Below, one piece after another: positions 1 to 13,754 of a stretch of 64,000 nucleotides of DNA; position 1 is the stretch's first letter, and each line of letters opens with the position of its first letter. This stretch comes from Haliotis rufescens (lineage: Eukaryota). The translations under genes were made by a program, and so were the position numbers. The notes beneath the pieces are model-generated. The model searched no databases, was not told where the DNA came from, and was given only the letters and a program-made list of their open reading frames with translations. Where the stretch lies: contig NW_025964383.1 in the NCBI RefSeq assembly GCF_023055435.1, forward strand, positions 7,254,001 to 7,318,000, given 5' to 3'.

Positions 1-3000
1 GTGACAAAACGTGTTTCAAAAAAACATTTATGCGTTGCTGAATATGATAGGATATACACAAGTGCGTGATGTATCTATCAATAAAATACTACATACATAT
101 TTTCAGTGTTAGTTTCACATTAAATTTGGGATAGCTCAAAGATTTTTTATAATACATTTATAGAAACTAGCATGGTTTTAGAACAAACTCAGAGCATTTT
201 CAAATTTATTCCATAAAGATCGCCATGATTGCGATTTGTTGATAGATGTGTCAATGTTTAATTAATACATGAACATCAATTATGTGAATAAGTAACTATG
301 TGATGTCATTATTTAATTTTAGTATTCCATGAATAATAAATAAATAGATAAGATCCTTGACACATACATACGAAACTCATATGGACATTAATCTTGTGTA
401 TTAAGTGGTTTGTTTCCAAACGAAACAATTCTAAAATATAACTGTGATATGAATATGATACATTAATTTCTGTAACAGAACATGATATTTTTGTTTGCTT
501 AATCACAAGAACCAGGATGGCACTTCAGCTGGTGAGTTAGCTATATATTTATAAAAGAATGTTATCTTTGGAAAAAGGAATAGGGTACATATATGTACAG
601 TGAAAATTTCTGCAGTCCTGTTCGGTTGGAGAAAGGTACATAAAAAATATCCAACCTCATGTATTTTTATTCTTGGTTCTCACCAATGAAATAATGTGTA
701 ATTACTCTGGCAGGATTTTGCAGGTTTTTGCAGTATGCTCAGGTGTGTGACAGTGACGCTCACGCATGTCCCTGCAGGAACAGGAACCATTGTAACTATG
801 GTCTACAGGTTTTTGTCTATCAGTCAATGTGATGTAAATAATTTAAAAAATGCAAATCATCATCCGCCTTGGATCTGACATCCTTCATCATTTGTAATGG
901 GTTTCTGAATATCCAGTCAGTATAGGTCCTTATTAAGTTCCACATTTCTCAGCCTTCTGGGTGGAGTGAAAGGAAATATCCCTGTCTACATGATTAACCT
1001 TGTTATATTATTTTATCCTGTCAGAAACACCCCATGACGTCATGTCACCTTATGTTGTTTATTTTGCGCATACATGTACTGCTGCAAACCTGTTTTTCCC
1101 TAGTATGCAATCACAGTATCAAACTTCATCAGCTGGTGAGTCACACGTTGCTCAGTTGGTGTGTATAAAAGTGTCCTTGAATTGCTATCATGAAACAAGA
1201 ATTACCAAAAGAAATCGATTATTCTTTGATAGATCAACGTCAAACCATCTGCCAAGTTAGATAGAATTATAACTTTAAAAGCTTTCATTTCTGAGGTGTC
1301 CATAGTTTTCAGATATTTGTTCTACTTTTAGGACAAAACATAAGCCGTCTACCTGCTTGGTTCGTAAACAAATACTCGTTTGAAATTGTGAAAAGCAATT
1401 CTACTGACGATCACAAATTATCCAATGGTTCCACGAAATCCAGTTGAAATGTTATTTTTGTACCCTAAATATCGTGTGGGTTTGTACCCAAACCGATATG
1501 TGATTTTCTACCCAGAATAATTTTGTATTAGTTTCGAAGATACACACGTGATTACTTTTCCTATCAAAACAATACAATTAGCTTAGGCTTAACCAAATTA
1601 ACTGGCCTCTTCTTCAGTGACAAGATGTCACATTCCTATCAAAACCAAACAATCAATTTGAGTTGCGCCAATGTGGACTGACTTCAAACAAGGACCGCGT
1701 ACAGTGAGTCATATTATGGACTTGGAGAAATGTGAAACGTGTCACTTACGCTTGTCAACAACACACGGAATCTTTAGCAAACTCGATAAAAATTAGATAT
1801 TTCTTACAAAGATTTATACATTAATTTAGATATATAAAATGGATTGTAATAGTAGTACAGGATAACAATCCATGCTCACCGCCCATGCCATGATCGTACA
1901 ACTTTCATCCAATCGATGATGTTACGAATCAGATTGCTTCTGTTTATAATTAATTATACCGAAAGACGCTAAATTATAGAAATTAAGGAACTTGATTGTT
2001 CATCGGTTAACAAAACATAATCCATGCCGCGCATGCCACAACATGTCGCGCAACGTGGAGTGTAACAAAAGTCAACAATTGCCGTTTCTGGTAGTTGTGT
2101 GTGGAGAAATTTGGCCGATGTGTTCTTTTTTAGGTAAACAAACTACTGAAATTACTACTTTCACTTCCAAAATGAAGATTCGTCACAATATGGCTGAATT
2201 GTTGCCGAAGTGGCGTAAAATCTTGACTCTCTCACTCATTCACTACAATGGATAGGCGAGATAAAGCAATCCAATAAATTTGATATCACGAACCGATAAA
2301 TGAGCAACTGAAGTTACAGGACAGAATCTATGTTAAGCTCCATCATTTATGAATAAACTATCGACTGACGTTGCCGATAAATGTATATATGTGTTTCCCT
2401 ATGTATGGGTGTTTCTGTGGACAACTATGGCTGTAAATCATTTGGCACTACATTTTGTTTGTTTGTTTGTTGCTTAAACCCGCACTGTGTACAATTCCAG
2501 CTATATGACGGCGGTCTGTAAGTTATCGAGTCAGGGCCAGACAACTCAGTGATTTACCTCATGAGCCTTACATCGATTTTTTAAAGAATGACATTATGTA
2601 GTATAGAGTTTGATTCCCTCGTGTGTTTTCGTGTCATAAATACTATATATTAGGAACATGCCCGCATAATACAATTTGTATCCTAATATATATGATAATC
2701 AGCTCATAATCTCTCTATAACTAGTTAACGTATTAGAGCTATCTACACGTACTAACTATCTTCATAGTCAAGAAAAGATTACTTGCGGAATTTTAAAAGT
2801 GACCTTGCAGTGTTTCAACTTCACTATCAATACCTCCCTGGACAGACTGCCTGCGTCATTCCTCCCACAGGATTTGAACGACTTCTGTTATAGGTCACCC
2901 TGTCAACACGCCGTTCTCCCTGTCTACCAGTTGAGTCAATCAATCTCGGAGAACGATACACCAGTGTGGCGCACGACAGAAATATAACCAGATCTGGGAG

Positions 3001-5509
3001 GTCATATGAGTGTTATGATTGTGTTATATAGCTATTTGGCAAATTGCAGCAGTCTCATTGGTAGCTTATTTCACGACTCGTTTATTGTCACTATTGAACA
3101 CTTAACGAAGACTGAGTGGGGTTTAATGCCACTTTGACAATATCAGGTCATATCTAGGAATTTCAGACTGATTTGAGTGGAACGCCCAAAGCCTCAGTCG
3201 TTTACGCGTTGGTAAAACTTAACTGACAACTGCTTATTTTTAGCGGATCCTGACCAGTCTTGGCCAAGACTTCTTGTCTTACACGTGTCGCATAAAAATA
3301 TCACGGCAAACGTTGTGTATTTCTTTCATAATTAAATAATATATTCTTAAACTTCAAATGGCAAGTCACATATACAGTATGGACATCACGTTGAGACCGA
3401 CACCAGCTGAAGCAGCGCTTCCTCATCCCTGCCGAGTCCAGTACGTCAGAGCGGGTTCTTGACCCACACCCTGTCATCGCGTTACAGCTTAATAAACGCC
3501 AGTATTACATTACCGTGGAATGACTGAGAACCTTGCCGTACACGATAGGTAGCAAAGCTCTTGAGAAGAGAAGATATTTCTATTGAAGATATCCCTGTGA
3601 TAAAACTGGGAATAACTATGCCACGTGTTTAGTATAGTTAAGTTCAGTACTGAACATTTATATATTAATGAAATGGTCGATGTGACTGACGCAGTTAACG
3701 TTGTTGGTGATATTACGTACGTAGGTAACAATGGTCTGAGTGTTGTCATGTCTTACTGCCCACGTGGTGAAGATCCAGGTGGTAAGATACTAAATCCGTA
3801 CGTCGTACAAGGTTGACCTTGTTTTATTCCTTTTGATTGGATAACCGTCACCTCTGTCACACCGGGACTACTTTTTTCATTCATAAAAAATCGCGAGACA
3901 TCATTCATTTTGCAACTACAAGGCAGAACTGAAGCATCTCATGAGAGCGAGAGATATTTACAAACACTTTTATTAAACCAAACAAGATAGTCACACGCAT
4001 CAAATTCGGTTTGCATTCTATATAGGCTACGTATAGAGCTCCTACAGACATTATATAATCGAGCTAGATATCCATTTACAATGTACGACTACCGATCAAT
4101 AGATCGATGGTCCCCAGGAGCGTGGCACTGTTTCGGGAGTTGTTTGTGCACGGCTGCACGACCAGATCACTCAAAGTGAACATTTCCGATACAAATCATT
4201 CGAAAACTCGGTAGAAGTGTGCCTGATTTCTGATTATGTGGTCCAAAATATCCCAAATGTGAACCATAGCATTCCCTATCCCTAGCGTAAAACGATGTGA
4301 GTAGACCACGGTTGTCTTTTCTTATTCAGATGGTGACCTTGCCCTTCGTTCGAAGCTGTCGCTGGCATGAAAGCAGGCTTAAGTTTGTTGATACTCACGT
4401 CTTCAGTACAGGGTCGAACAGTTAACATGAATGTCTTTGGCTAACACTCTGGTTTCCCTCTTCCAAAGCGGTACGTACAGGATATAAATTCAGCTGATAG
4501 ATCAAGGAAACCGCACCATGGGTAAATGAGCAGCCGGGATCCCGGCGGTGCGAGTAACCGACTGTTGGTCCGAGATTCAAAGCGCCGCGCTGTTTGACTT
4601 TTTTAGGTTTTCTTACAGTTGTACTGCCTACCAACAACAATGCGCCTAAATGACCAAAAGTTGCAGAAATTCTTAAATAATGATTTTGAGCATTGGTGCT
4701 GCCACGTTTGCATGCAACAGAAGGAACATGTAAGTTGTTAATGCGTATGCATAGAAATGTCAACAATGCCCATGTTTGGGCATATATCAATATTCAGGCG
4801 CAACCAGATTTGCAACCGGTTTCAGTTTGGTCTGTTTACGAACAATAAATTGTTAGGTATTTTTACTTTAATACATATTCAACGTGGGTAATAAATAAAA
4901 TACCATACTCATTCTCGTTAGATACCATTTTTAAGAAACTCTTGAACTTTCTATGGTATCTGACCTCGCTCTCGCTCGTCCACTCGTTTCGTAAGAATGG
5001 TATCTAATGACCACTGTACTGATTTTACTATCGCAACAGGAGCTGAATCATCACACTTATATAACCGGTCATCTCCAAATGTGTCAGACACCCAATTTGT
5101 CAGACAGTTTAAAACAACAACTTTTATAGTTGAGGGCACATCATGACCAGGTGTGTGCTATATTCCCTAAATCCAAATAGACTAGTCCTGTCGTCAACAA
5201 CAATTCTGTCTGACCAGCTGGTCTCCGGATCCATGGCCACTTCTGCACTTGGGGGTCTTGTCGGTATAGAACCGCCAATCCTATGTCTTAGGTCTTCCTC
5301 CAGATAGCTGGGGTGAAGTGGACGTCATGTAGTATCCCGTGATTCTTTTGATCATGTGTCTTATATATTATAGCTGCTAATAATTTCAGTAAAAACAACT
5401 CGGATGAATTTAGCTATGAGACGGACAGATCTACTCAGTGAACATATCAGTTAAAAACTATTCCACTGTCTGACAAATGGGAGGACCCCATCACTCCAGG
5501 TATTGACAA

Positions 5510-5960
5510 TGAAAAGCCGGAATTTATTTGAGCATTCATCTTATGTAATAGTTCTATATCTAGAAGTTATTTTTGAAATTCAAAGTTTTTCCGAGATTGG
5601 CCAGTGGGTATTATCATTCATCTCTGGGTATAATAAGAGACTAGTGTTTTGGGCTGTACCATTCAGGAAACTAGATGCAGCACAAGCTGGTTTCAGAGAG
5701 GGCTACCCAAACATCTACTCTAGGGGTACTATAACAATTATGTTTGTGTTAAGTTCTCTAATCCAGCGTTATTTATCAAGTATTATAAGTGAGTGAAGTC
5801 TGACGACTTTAACAATTGAAAGCATTCGACCCTGCAAACCATGGCAAACCCTGGACACTTCTTGGGTATCGATGAAGTCGCAGGAAAATGTTGAACTTCT
5901 CATCGAATATATAAGTTAAGTTAAGTGAAAGGTATTTGTTATCATGTCAAATAAATTTGT
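5510..5960 (+). pseudogene. Degenerate LINE reverse-transcriptase fragment
   Basis: KLDAAQAGFREGY...MFVLSSLIQRYL resembles the QxGFR RT motif; probably continues at 8060-8350 (KSYKYLGV, IPILLYGVKVWG) after the Tc1 and SINE insertions. Confidence 0.6.
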
Positions 5961-6214
5961 CTTCTCCAATTTTTTTTATCAAGTTTGACCATATGAGAGC
6001 CTCAAAAGTAATTTTAGGGAATATGTCTAACAAACCTGATGTTAAATCAGGGAATATGTTTAATACCTGAAAAATTTAGGGATTATGTACATTGATATTC
6101 CCTGAGTGAATCAGACAATAAATATATTCCCGGAAAATGTGAGGGAATACACATATTTCCTGATTATACATATTTCCTGTAAGATATTTCCTGTATATAT
6201 ATTTCCTGTATATA

Positions 6215-7745
6215 AACTGAAGTACAAAAGAAAGTACACCCCCCACTATTCTGACAGTAAAAGAAGACAGGGCAAACTTTATTGTGATTGTAATGTTTAA
6301 TGTCATTGTTGAGTCATTTTCAAACATGTTTAGAATGGATTGAAAGATTTTTGGCCACATAAAACTTTTCAGTTGACAATAACGTCCATAGGCGGTCACT
6401 CATCAAAAATCACACTTGTAGAAATGATGACAGTCCCAGGTATGAAGGCCATGCGAGTGGTCTCAGTACCTCGTATGACCCCCATTTGAGTTAATGCAAG
6501 CCAGGACACGCCTTCTCATGGAAAAGGTCAACCGTCGGATGACGTCATTAGGGATCCGCTGCCACTCTTCTCGCAGAGCCTGTTCCAGCTGTGGTATGGT
6601 GGTTGGTGGATGTGCACGTCGTCGCAACTGTCTACCGAGATGGTCCCACAGGTGTTCAATGGGTGACAAGTCCGGAGAGCGTGACGGCCAAGGCAAAAGC
6701 TGAATGTTCTGACGGTTCAGGAAGTCCATAGTGAGTCTAGCGGTGTGTGGTCGGGCGTTATCTTGCTGAAAAAGAAACCCCTGCCTTTGCCCCTGCATGA
6801 AGGGGATCACCACCGGCTGTAACACTTGGTCCCTGTACCTCTGGGCTGTCAGGGTCTGGTGGAGAATGACCAAATCCGTCTTCTGTTCGCCGCAAATGCC
6901 TCCCCAAACCATAACGCTGCCTCCGCCAAAAGGATTAACTTCTCGGACACATGCTCCAGCCAGTCGCTCGCCTCTACGTCGGTAGACTCTCACTCTACCG
7001 TCAGCATGGTAGAGGTTGAATCGACTTTCATCGGTAAAGAGGACTCGTGACCAGTCACGACGTTGCCAGCGACTGACTCTTCGTGCCCAGCGAAGACGGC
7101 TGATACGGTGTTGAGCGGTCAAGGTCATCCCACGGAATGGTCGATAAGCCCGGATACCGGCAGCTCGTATTCGTCTCATGACTGTGTTCCTGCTGATGTG
7201 GTGACCTAACGCTGTCGACGCTGTTGATGCCATGGTGAGGAACCTGTTGCGCAGGTGTAATGTGCGTAAGTACCGGTCTTCTGCAGGGGTCGTCACTCTC
7301 GGTCTTCCTCTTCTTGGGCGGTCGAATGTCTGGCCAGTCTGGTTGACACGACGAAGGAGTCTGATAATGGTTTGCCTGGTGCAGCCAAGGGTCCTTGCGA
7401 TGTGACTGTTCGACGCCCCCACTTGGGACATTCCCACGGCTCTCTCTCGCTCCGCTGCTGTTAAACGTGGCATTTGTCTTTTTTTCGTTGAATGTGTAAT
7501 AAACGATAGAATCCACTGCCTTTTATACTGTTTCTACGCACATTGCACGTGCAAATGGAGAAAATTGCCATTTTCACAATGTGTGCTTTTGTTGCCTATC
7601 ATAATGTCAAGGTTACGTTTCTGCGATATGCTCTCAATGGTTTTGTTCATTACATTACGATAGCGCCAAAAATGTAACAACTTTTTCAACCATATGCGTA
7701 ATATATGATATTTTAGGGGTGTGTACTTTCTTTTGTACTTCAGTT
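6215..7745 (-). mobile_element. Full-length Tc1-family DNA transposon (about 1.53 kb)
   Basis: About 30-bp TIRs (aactgaagtacaaaagaaagtacacccc / ggggtgtgtactttcttttgtacttcagtt), flanking TA at 6213-6214 and 7746-7747, intact transposase inside. Confidence 0.93.
6463..7473 (-). CDS. Tc1-like transposase, intact, DD34E
   Basis: 336 aa; N-terminal HTH region, GRPR motif, FTDESRF, QQDNARPH, then 34 residues to SPDLSPIE. Confidence 0.95.
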   Translation of the reverse strand: MPRLTAAERERAVGMSQVGASNSHIARTLGCTRQTIIRLLRRVNQTGQTFDRPRRGRPRVTTPAEDRYLRTLHLRNRFLTMASTASTALGHHISRNTVMRRIRAAGIRAYRPFRGMTLTAQHRISRLRWARRVSRWQRRDWSRVLFTDESRFNLYHADGRVRVYRRRGERLAGACVREVNPFGGGSVMVWGGICGEQKTDLVILHQTLTAQRYRDQVLQPVVIPFMQGQRQGFLFQQDNARPHTARLTMDFLNRQNIQLLPWPSRSPDLSPIEHLWDHLGRQLRRRAHPPTTIPQLEQALREEWQRIPNDVIRRLTFSMRRRVLACINSNGGHTRY

Positions 7746-7871
7746 TATATTTCCTGTATATATATTAACGAGTAAATGCTTGCATAAGGAGAAATGGCAA
7801 GTGTTCTGAAGAGTTTATGCATTATGGGTGTTATGCAAACAATTTTTGTGGTAGATCGTGTTGCAGTGTTA

Positions 7872-8034
7872 GTGAGTGAGTGAATGAGTATGGTTTTACG
7901 CCGCTTTTAGCAATATTCCAGCAATATCACAGCGGAGGACACCAGAAATGGGCGTCACACAATGTCGGGAATCGAACGCGGGTTTTCGGCGTGACGAGCG
8001 AACGCTTTAACCACTAGGCTACCTGACAGCCCCC
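7872..8034 (-). mobile_element. tRNA-derived SINE family A with 13-bp TSD
   Basis: A-box tagcctagtgg, B-box gttcgattc, (CACT)n tail; TSD tgttgcagtgtta at 7859-7871 and 8035-8047. Confidence 0.88.
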
Positions 8035-8354
8035 TGTTGCAGTGTTAACACAAAAAGACTAAGGTAGTTATATTTTAATACGAAGCTCGAAAGACGTTAG
8101 CAAAGCACGAGTGATATTTTTATACAGGCAGAATCTTGGATGTAGTTAAAAGCTACAAATATTTGGGAGTTTAAATGTCTATTAAAATATCCTGGCTTTT
8201 TAAATTAAAACAAGTTGGAACAAAAGCCAAAAATTACTTTTGAATCTCAGATATTTCAATAGTGTCAACTTCAAGGTATTCTTTAACATCTTTGACACAA
8301 ACATAATTATTCCAATTCTTTTATATGGAGTTAAGGTATGGGGTTTACATCAGT

Positions 8355-10070
8355 TAGAGAAGAAAGCATTAATAATGATGTATCTTTATCGGAGAAGAAA
8401 GTGCTAATAATGATGTATCTATTTCGGAGAAGAAAGCGTTAATAATGAAGTATCTTTATTGGAGAAGAAAGCATTAATAATGATGCATCTTTTTCGGAGA
8501 ATAAAGCGTTGATAATGAAGGATCTTTATTAGAGAAGAAAACGTTAATAGTGATGCATCTCTTTCGGAGAAGAAAGCGTTGATGATGAAGTATCTTCATA
8601 GGAGAAGAAAGCGTTAATAATGATGCATCTTTTTCGGAGAAGAAGGCGTTAATAATGTATCTATTTCGGAGAAGAAAGCGTTAAAAATAATGTATCTATT
8701 TCGGAGAAGAAAGCGTTAAAAATACTGTATCTATTTCGGAGAAGAAAGCGTTAAAAATACTGTATCTATTTCGGAGGAGAAAGGGTTAATGATGATGCAT
8801 CTCTTTCGGAGAAGAAAGCGTTAATAATGAAGTGTCTTTATTGGAGTAGAAAACATAAACAATGATGCATCTTTATTGGAGAAGAAAGCGTTAATAATGT
8901 ATCTATTTCGGAGAAGAAAGCGTTAAAAATACTGTATCTATTTCGGAGAAGAAAGCGTTAATGATGATGCATCTCTTTCGGAGAAGAAAGCGTTAATAAT
9001 GAAGTGTCTTTATTGGAGTAGAAAACATAAACAATGATGCATCTTTATTGGAGAAGAAAGCGTTAAAGATAATGTATCTTTATCGGAGAAGAAAGCGTTA
9101 ATAATCATGCATCTTTTTGGGAGAAGGCGTTGATAATGAAGTATCTTTATCGGGGAAGAAAGCATTACTAATGATGCATCTTTTTTCGGAGAAGAAAGCG
9201 TTAATAATGAAGTATCTTTATTGGAGAAGAAAGCATTAATAATGATGCATCTTTTTCGGAGAATAAAGCGTTGATAATGAAGGATCTTTATTGGAGAAGA
9301 AAACGTTAATAGTGATGCATCTCTTTCGGAGAAGAAAGCGTTGACGATGAAGTATCTTCATAGGAGAAGAAAGCGTTAATGATGATGCATCTTTTTCGGA
9401 GAAGAAAGCGTTAATAATGTATCTATTTCGGAGAAGAAAGCGTTAAATATACTGTATCTATTTCGGAGAAGAAAGCGTTAAAAATACTGTATCTATTTCG
9501 GAGAAGAAAGCGTTAATGATGATGCATCTATTTCGGAGAAGAAAGCGTTAAAAATAATGTATCTATTTCGGAGAAGAAAGCGTTAAAGATAATGTATCTT
9601 TATCGGAGAAGAAAGCGTTAATAATCATGCATCTTTTTGGGAGAAGGCGTTGATAATGAAGTATCTTTATCGGAGAAGAAAGCATTACTAATGATGCATC
9701 TTTATCGGAGAAGAAAGCGTTAATAATGATGCATCTTTTTGGGAGAAGGCGTTGATAATGAAGTATCTTTATCGGAGAAGAAAGCATTACTAATGATGCA
9801 TCTTTATCGGAGAAGAAAGCGTTAATAATGATGCATCTTTTTCGGAGAATAAAGCGTTGATAATGAAGGATCTTTATCGGAGAAGAAAGCGTTAATAGTG
9901 ATGCATCTTTTTCGGAGAAGAAAGCGTTGATGATGAAGTATCTTCATAGGAGAAGAAAGCGTTAAAAATGATGCATCTTTTTCGGAGAAGAAAGCGTTAA
10001 TAATGATGTATCTACTTCGGAGAAGAAAGCGTTTATAATGATGTACTAGTATCTCTATCGGAGAAGGGAA
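8355..10070. repeat. Minisatellite, about 35-bp unit
   Basis: ggagaagaaagcgttaataatgatgcatctttttc, roughly 49 copies. Confidence 0.95.
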
Positions 10071-10264
10071 GAGAAGCAATCTTTTTTTTGACCTGTCAAA
10101 ACATGTTCGTATCTGAGCGCTACGTTAATATGGTTTGTTGTTGAAAATCTCTGACGCGGTTCTTTTGTGCTGACGGCCTGCGCAGATCCGATTCAGTGCG
10201 TGCCGGCCTCTAGAGACACCCGCAACGTATGTCATTGCAGTCAGCAGATTGTTTTTTAATATAC

Positions 10265-10980
10265 AGCTGAGGTAACGCATTTTTCCAGAATGTGTTTTTC
10301 TATGTTAGTGAAGCAAGGTATTTTCCTGAATATCTTTTAACATATTACTGAAGTAACGTATTTTTACAGAATGTTTTTTTATATGTTAGTGAAGCAAGGT
10401 ATTTTCCTGAATATCTTTTAACATATTACTGAAGTAACGTATTTTTACAGAATGTTTTTTTCTATGTTAGTGAAGTAAGGTATTTTCCTGAATATCTTTT
10501 AACATATTACTGAAGTAACGTATTTTTCCAGAATGTTTTTTTCTATGTTAGTGAAGTAAGGTATTTTCCTGAATATCTTTTAACATATTACTGAAGTAAT
10601 GTATTTTTACAGAATGTTTTTTGATATGTTAGTGAAGTAAGGTATTTTCCTGAATATCTTTTAACATATTACTGAGGTAATGTATTTTTACAGAATGTTT
10701 TTTTCTATGTTAGTGAAGCAAGGTATTTTCCTGAATATCTTTTAACATATTACTGAAGTAACGTATTTTTACAGAATGTTTTTTTCTATGTTAGTGAAGT
10801 AAGGTATTTTCCTGAATATCTTTTAACATATTGCTGAAGTAACGTATTTTTACAGAATGTTTTCCCATATTCTATACTGAAGTAACGTCATATGTATATT
10901 TCCTGAATAGCTTTCAGTGTATTGCTGAGATACATTATATTTCCTGAATATTTTTCAATATAATGCTAAAGTAGCGTATT
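10265..10980. repeat. Tandem repeat, about 81-bp unit (dimer of about 40-bp subunits)
   Basis: tactgaagtaacgtatttttacagaatg... alternating with tagtgaagtaaggtattttcctgaatatc... Confidence 0.9.
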
Positions 10981-11120
10981 GAAAATGCCGTACTGTTCAA
11001 AAGAAGGTTCTTGTTCCTACACCGGGTGCATGGACAGGTCGAGTACAGCTATCCGACAAGCTGCATATTTCATAGACCTCTGCGCAGCTGGAGCGTTCAA
11101 TGAAGCCTGTGATATGAAAT

Positions 11121-11393
11121 GAGGGAGTTTGGTTTAACGCCGCTTTTAACAGTATTCCAGTTATATCGCGGCGTGTCAGCTTAATGTGGGAGGAAAGCCC
11201 GAAGTGACGCAGGTCTCAGACGTTTACCACTTCGGGGAAACCCACGAGCACGAGTATGGTGCTGACAAATCTAGAAACATAATCGGGGCGAACCGAGATT
11301 CGAACCCACAATCATAGGTTTCTGGCATGCCCAAGGGAGGCAACTCTGCACAGCGAATCGCTGCGCCTTAGAGACTGGTCCACCCGTGCCCCC
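11121..11393 (-). mobile_element. tRNA-derived SINE family B
   Basis: Head gggcacgggtggaccagtc, B-box ggttcgaatc, tail shared with family A; body recurs at 30871-31041, 47911-48156 and about 3113-3230. Confidence 0.8.
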
Positions 11394-11814
11394 CTCACCC
11401 GTTGGAGATATCATTGTTTTATGAACATAAAGCTGTATTACATATTGTGTTATAACAACACTTGCGGACAGGACTATTTTTGGTCATCAGCTGATCATTT
11501 TAATGGAGGCGGCGGTAGCGCATTGAAAATGGCGGCTACGGCAATGTCATTCACTCGAAATAAAAGTTGCACCCAGTAAAGTAAAAGTTGAAAAGAAATC
11601 CAGACCCGTCTGATGCTGAAAATAGATTGATATTAACGTTCTGTGTACTTTGGGGTTGTGTTTGAGTCAGGCGCGGTTTCCCGAAGCAATATACGAGAGT
11701 GTGGAGCTCAGTGATATCTTTTGGTTAGTCGAGCATTCTCTGTTATAGCTTCCAATGGACGCTTCATTTCGGTGACCCGACATAAACATGATCTGTCTGG
11801 CTTCAAAGCATGCA

Positions 11815-11988
11815 GGAGTGGTCGGGTACCCTAATGGTTAAAGCGTTCGCTCGTCACGCCGAAGACCGGTGTTCGATTCCCGACATGGGTACATTGTGTG
11901 AATCCCATTTCTGGTGTTCCCCGCCGTGATATTGCTGGAATATTGTTAAAAGCGGCGTAAGACCATACTTACACACTCACTCACTCAC
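11815..11988 (+). mobile_element. tRNA-derived SINE family A
   Basis: Same body as the 7872 copy; (cact)n tail; TSD-like tcaaagc(a/c)tgca. Confidence 0.88.
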
Positions 11989-13714
11989 TCAAAGCCTGCA
12001 TCATTCATAGCCTGAATCGATGTCGCTCTCAGACAGTGTGGGCTGTGAAACGTATTGAACACTTTGACTATTTGGAAACATCTGCCATGAAACCTTTGAA
12101 ATGACCCCCTTAACACACTGGTTAAATAGAGAGGAAGCTTGAGTGTCGGTTCTACTGATAAAGGTTTTTAGCATTTAAACTGGACGATAAGACTCGCCAG
12201 TTGAGTACATTCTTTTGACAGCCATTGCCAGTTCATTCTTCCACGTTATTTTCAGACATTGAGGAATTCCCCTAAAGTAGTTTTGTATGTCTCCGCTCGA
12301 TTGACAACGTAATCACGTGACATACTGACGTTCATCGGGAAATGAACGACAGTCAGCTTGGTGGTGTTCACCTGGGCGAGGTCACCCGCTACTGTCAATA
12401 TTCTCAAATATTCACCCACTCGCGCCGTCTGCGGGGTACGACCACAAAGAAGTTCTCAAGGGTAGAGGAAGCATCATAAAATGTCTGTAAATTGGTTCGT
12501 GGTTTGAAATTAGACTGCGTGCATAAACTTAGCATTGTATTATTAAGAGGGAAAATGTAACATAGACTAGCCAAACAAAAAACAGAAAGACATTTTATTT
12601 CAGTAACAGGCCATCTGCCCCTTATACATTGATATAGCATCATAATATATATTGCCAATGGAAGAAAATAACCAGCCTAGATTTTCAGCCGAAACAGATT
12701 CCACTTAAAAAGGCAATTAGCTGTCGAAATAATATGATGCATGCTAGAGTAAACTACATACATTTATATATATAACAATTCCATTAATGAATAAAAGTTG
12801 TTGGGTATTTCTTAATTTGTACCTTTTTGTTCAGTATAAACCCATATTATGAAGAACAAGATTATCACCTGTTTGCATTAGCTGTGTGAATTTTATTAGA
12901 GATGGATATTCAGTGTAAAATGGCGATATATACTTTCTTTTACAGTGGCATATCGTTCACATATAAACATCACACAGTTTCAATATATCTAAAGTTTTTG
13001 GACAAAGAGAAATTACAAAATCGTTCATTATGGGTGGTGTAAGTGTTTCATGCAAATTCAACATTTAAACAGACATTATACAAGTTTGAAATATATATCT
13101 TAATGTAATGTGGAATATCGTTTGTTAAATATCGTTCTGTGTTCAACATAGATTTGTACTGAACAAAGTAATTACATTTCGAAGATAATTTCATTGAAGA
13201 ATGCTAGTTTGGATACAGGTGATCTGATAGGCTTTGTTGAAATTCATTTAGGAACATTGTTATATAGCCGATTTCTTAATGTTACCAGACCAGCCCAAAA
13301 CCTAAGCTGAACCTAAGCTGAACAAAATGCTAAGGTTTTCAGAATTAGTCAATGCCTTTTTAAAACCAACGTACGTGCTGGAATGCTTACCATCATCTGG
13401 TAGCAGATTCCAAGGGCGGGTAGTAGCGGGATGACATGATTTAATGCAAAGCAAAGTCTTACAAAATATGTCTTATAACCTGCACACCATTTCTTAATTT
13501 GTGATGGTTATCTATATCTATCGGACGAGATTACACAGATATTCATTTTGAAATTATTTGGACGAAAAACTGCAGAAAATGCAATATATTTATGGATACA
13601 CAAACTTGACACGAATCACTTCGTACTACAGTTGCAGTTATCAAAGCACAAATCTTTTTTTATGTAACAAATGATGATACTATCAACAAAGCAGCAACGA
13701 TTATAATTATCATA

Positions 13715-13754
<40 letters not shown>
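13715..13754. repeat. (TTG)n microsatellite
   Basis: Seen directly. Confidence 0.95.

Noticed and set aside
6494-7516. Small ORFs overlapping the Tc1 transposase
   Set aside because: Alternative-frame and antisense shadows of the transposase.
11815-11890. tRNA gene
   Set aside because: The A/B boxes are followed by a SINE body, (CACT)n tail and TSDs, with several diverged copies in the window; it is a SINE head.
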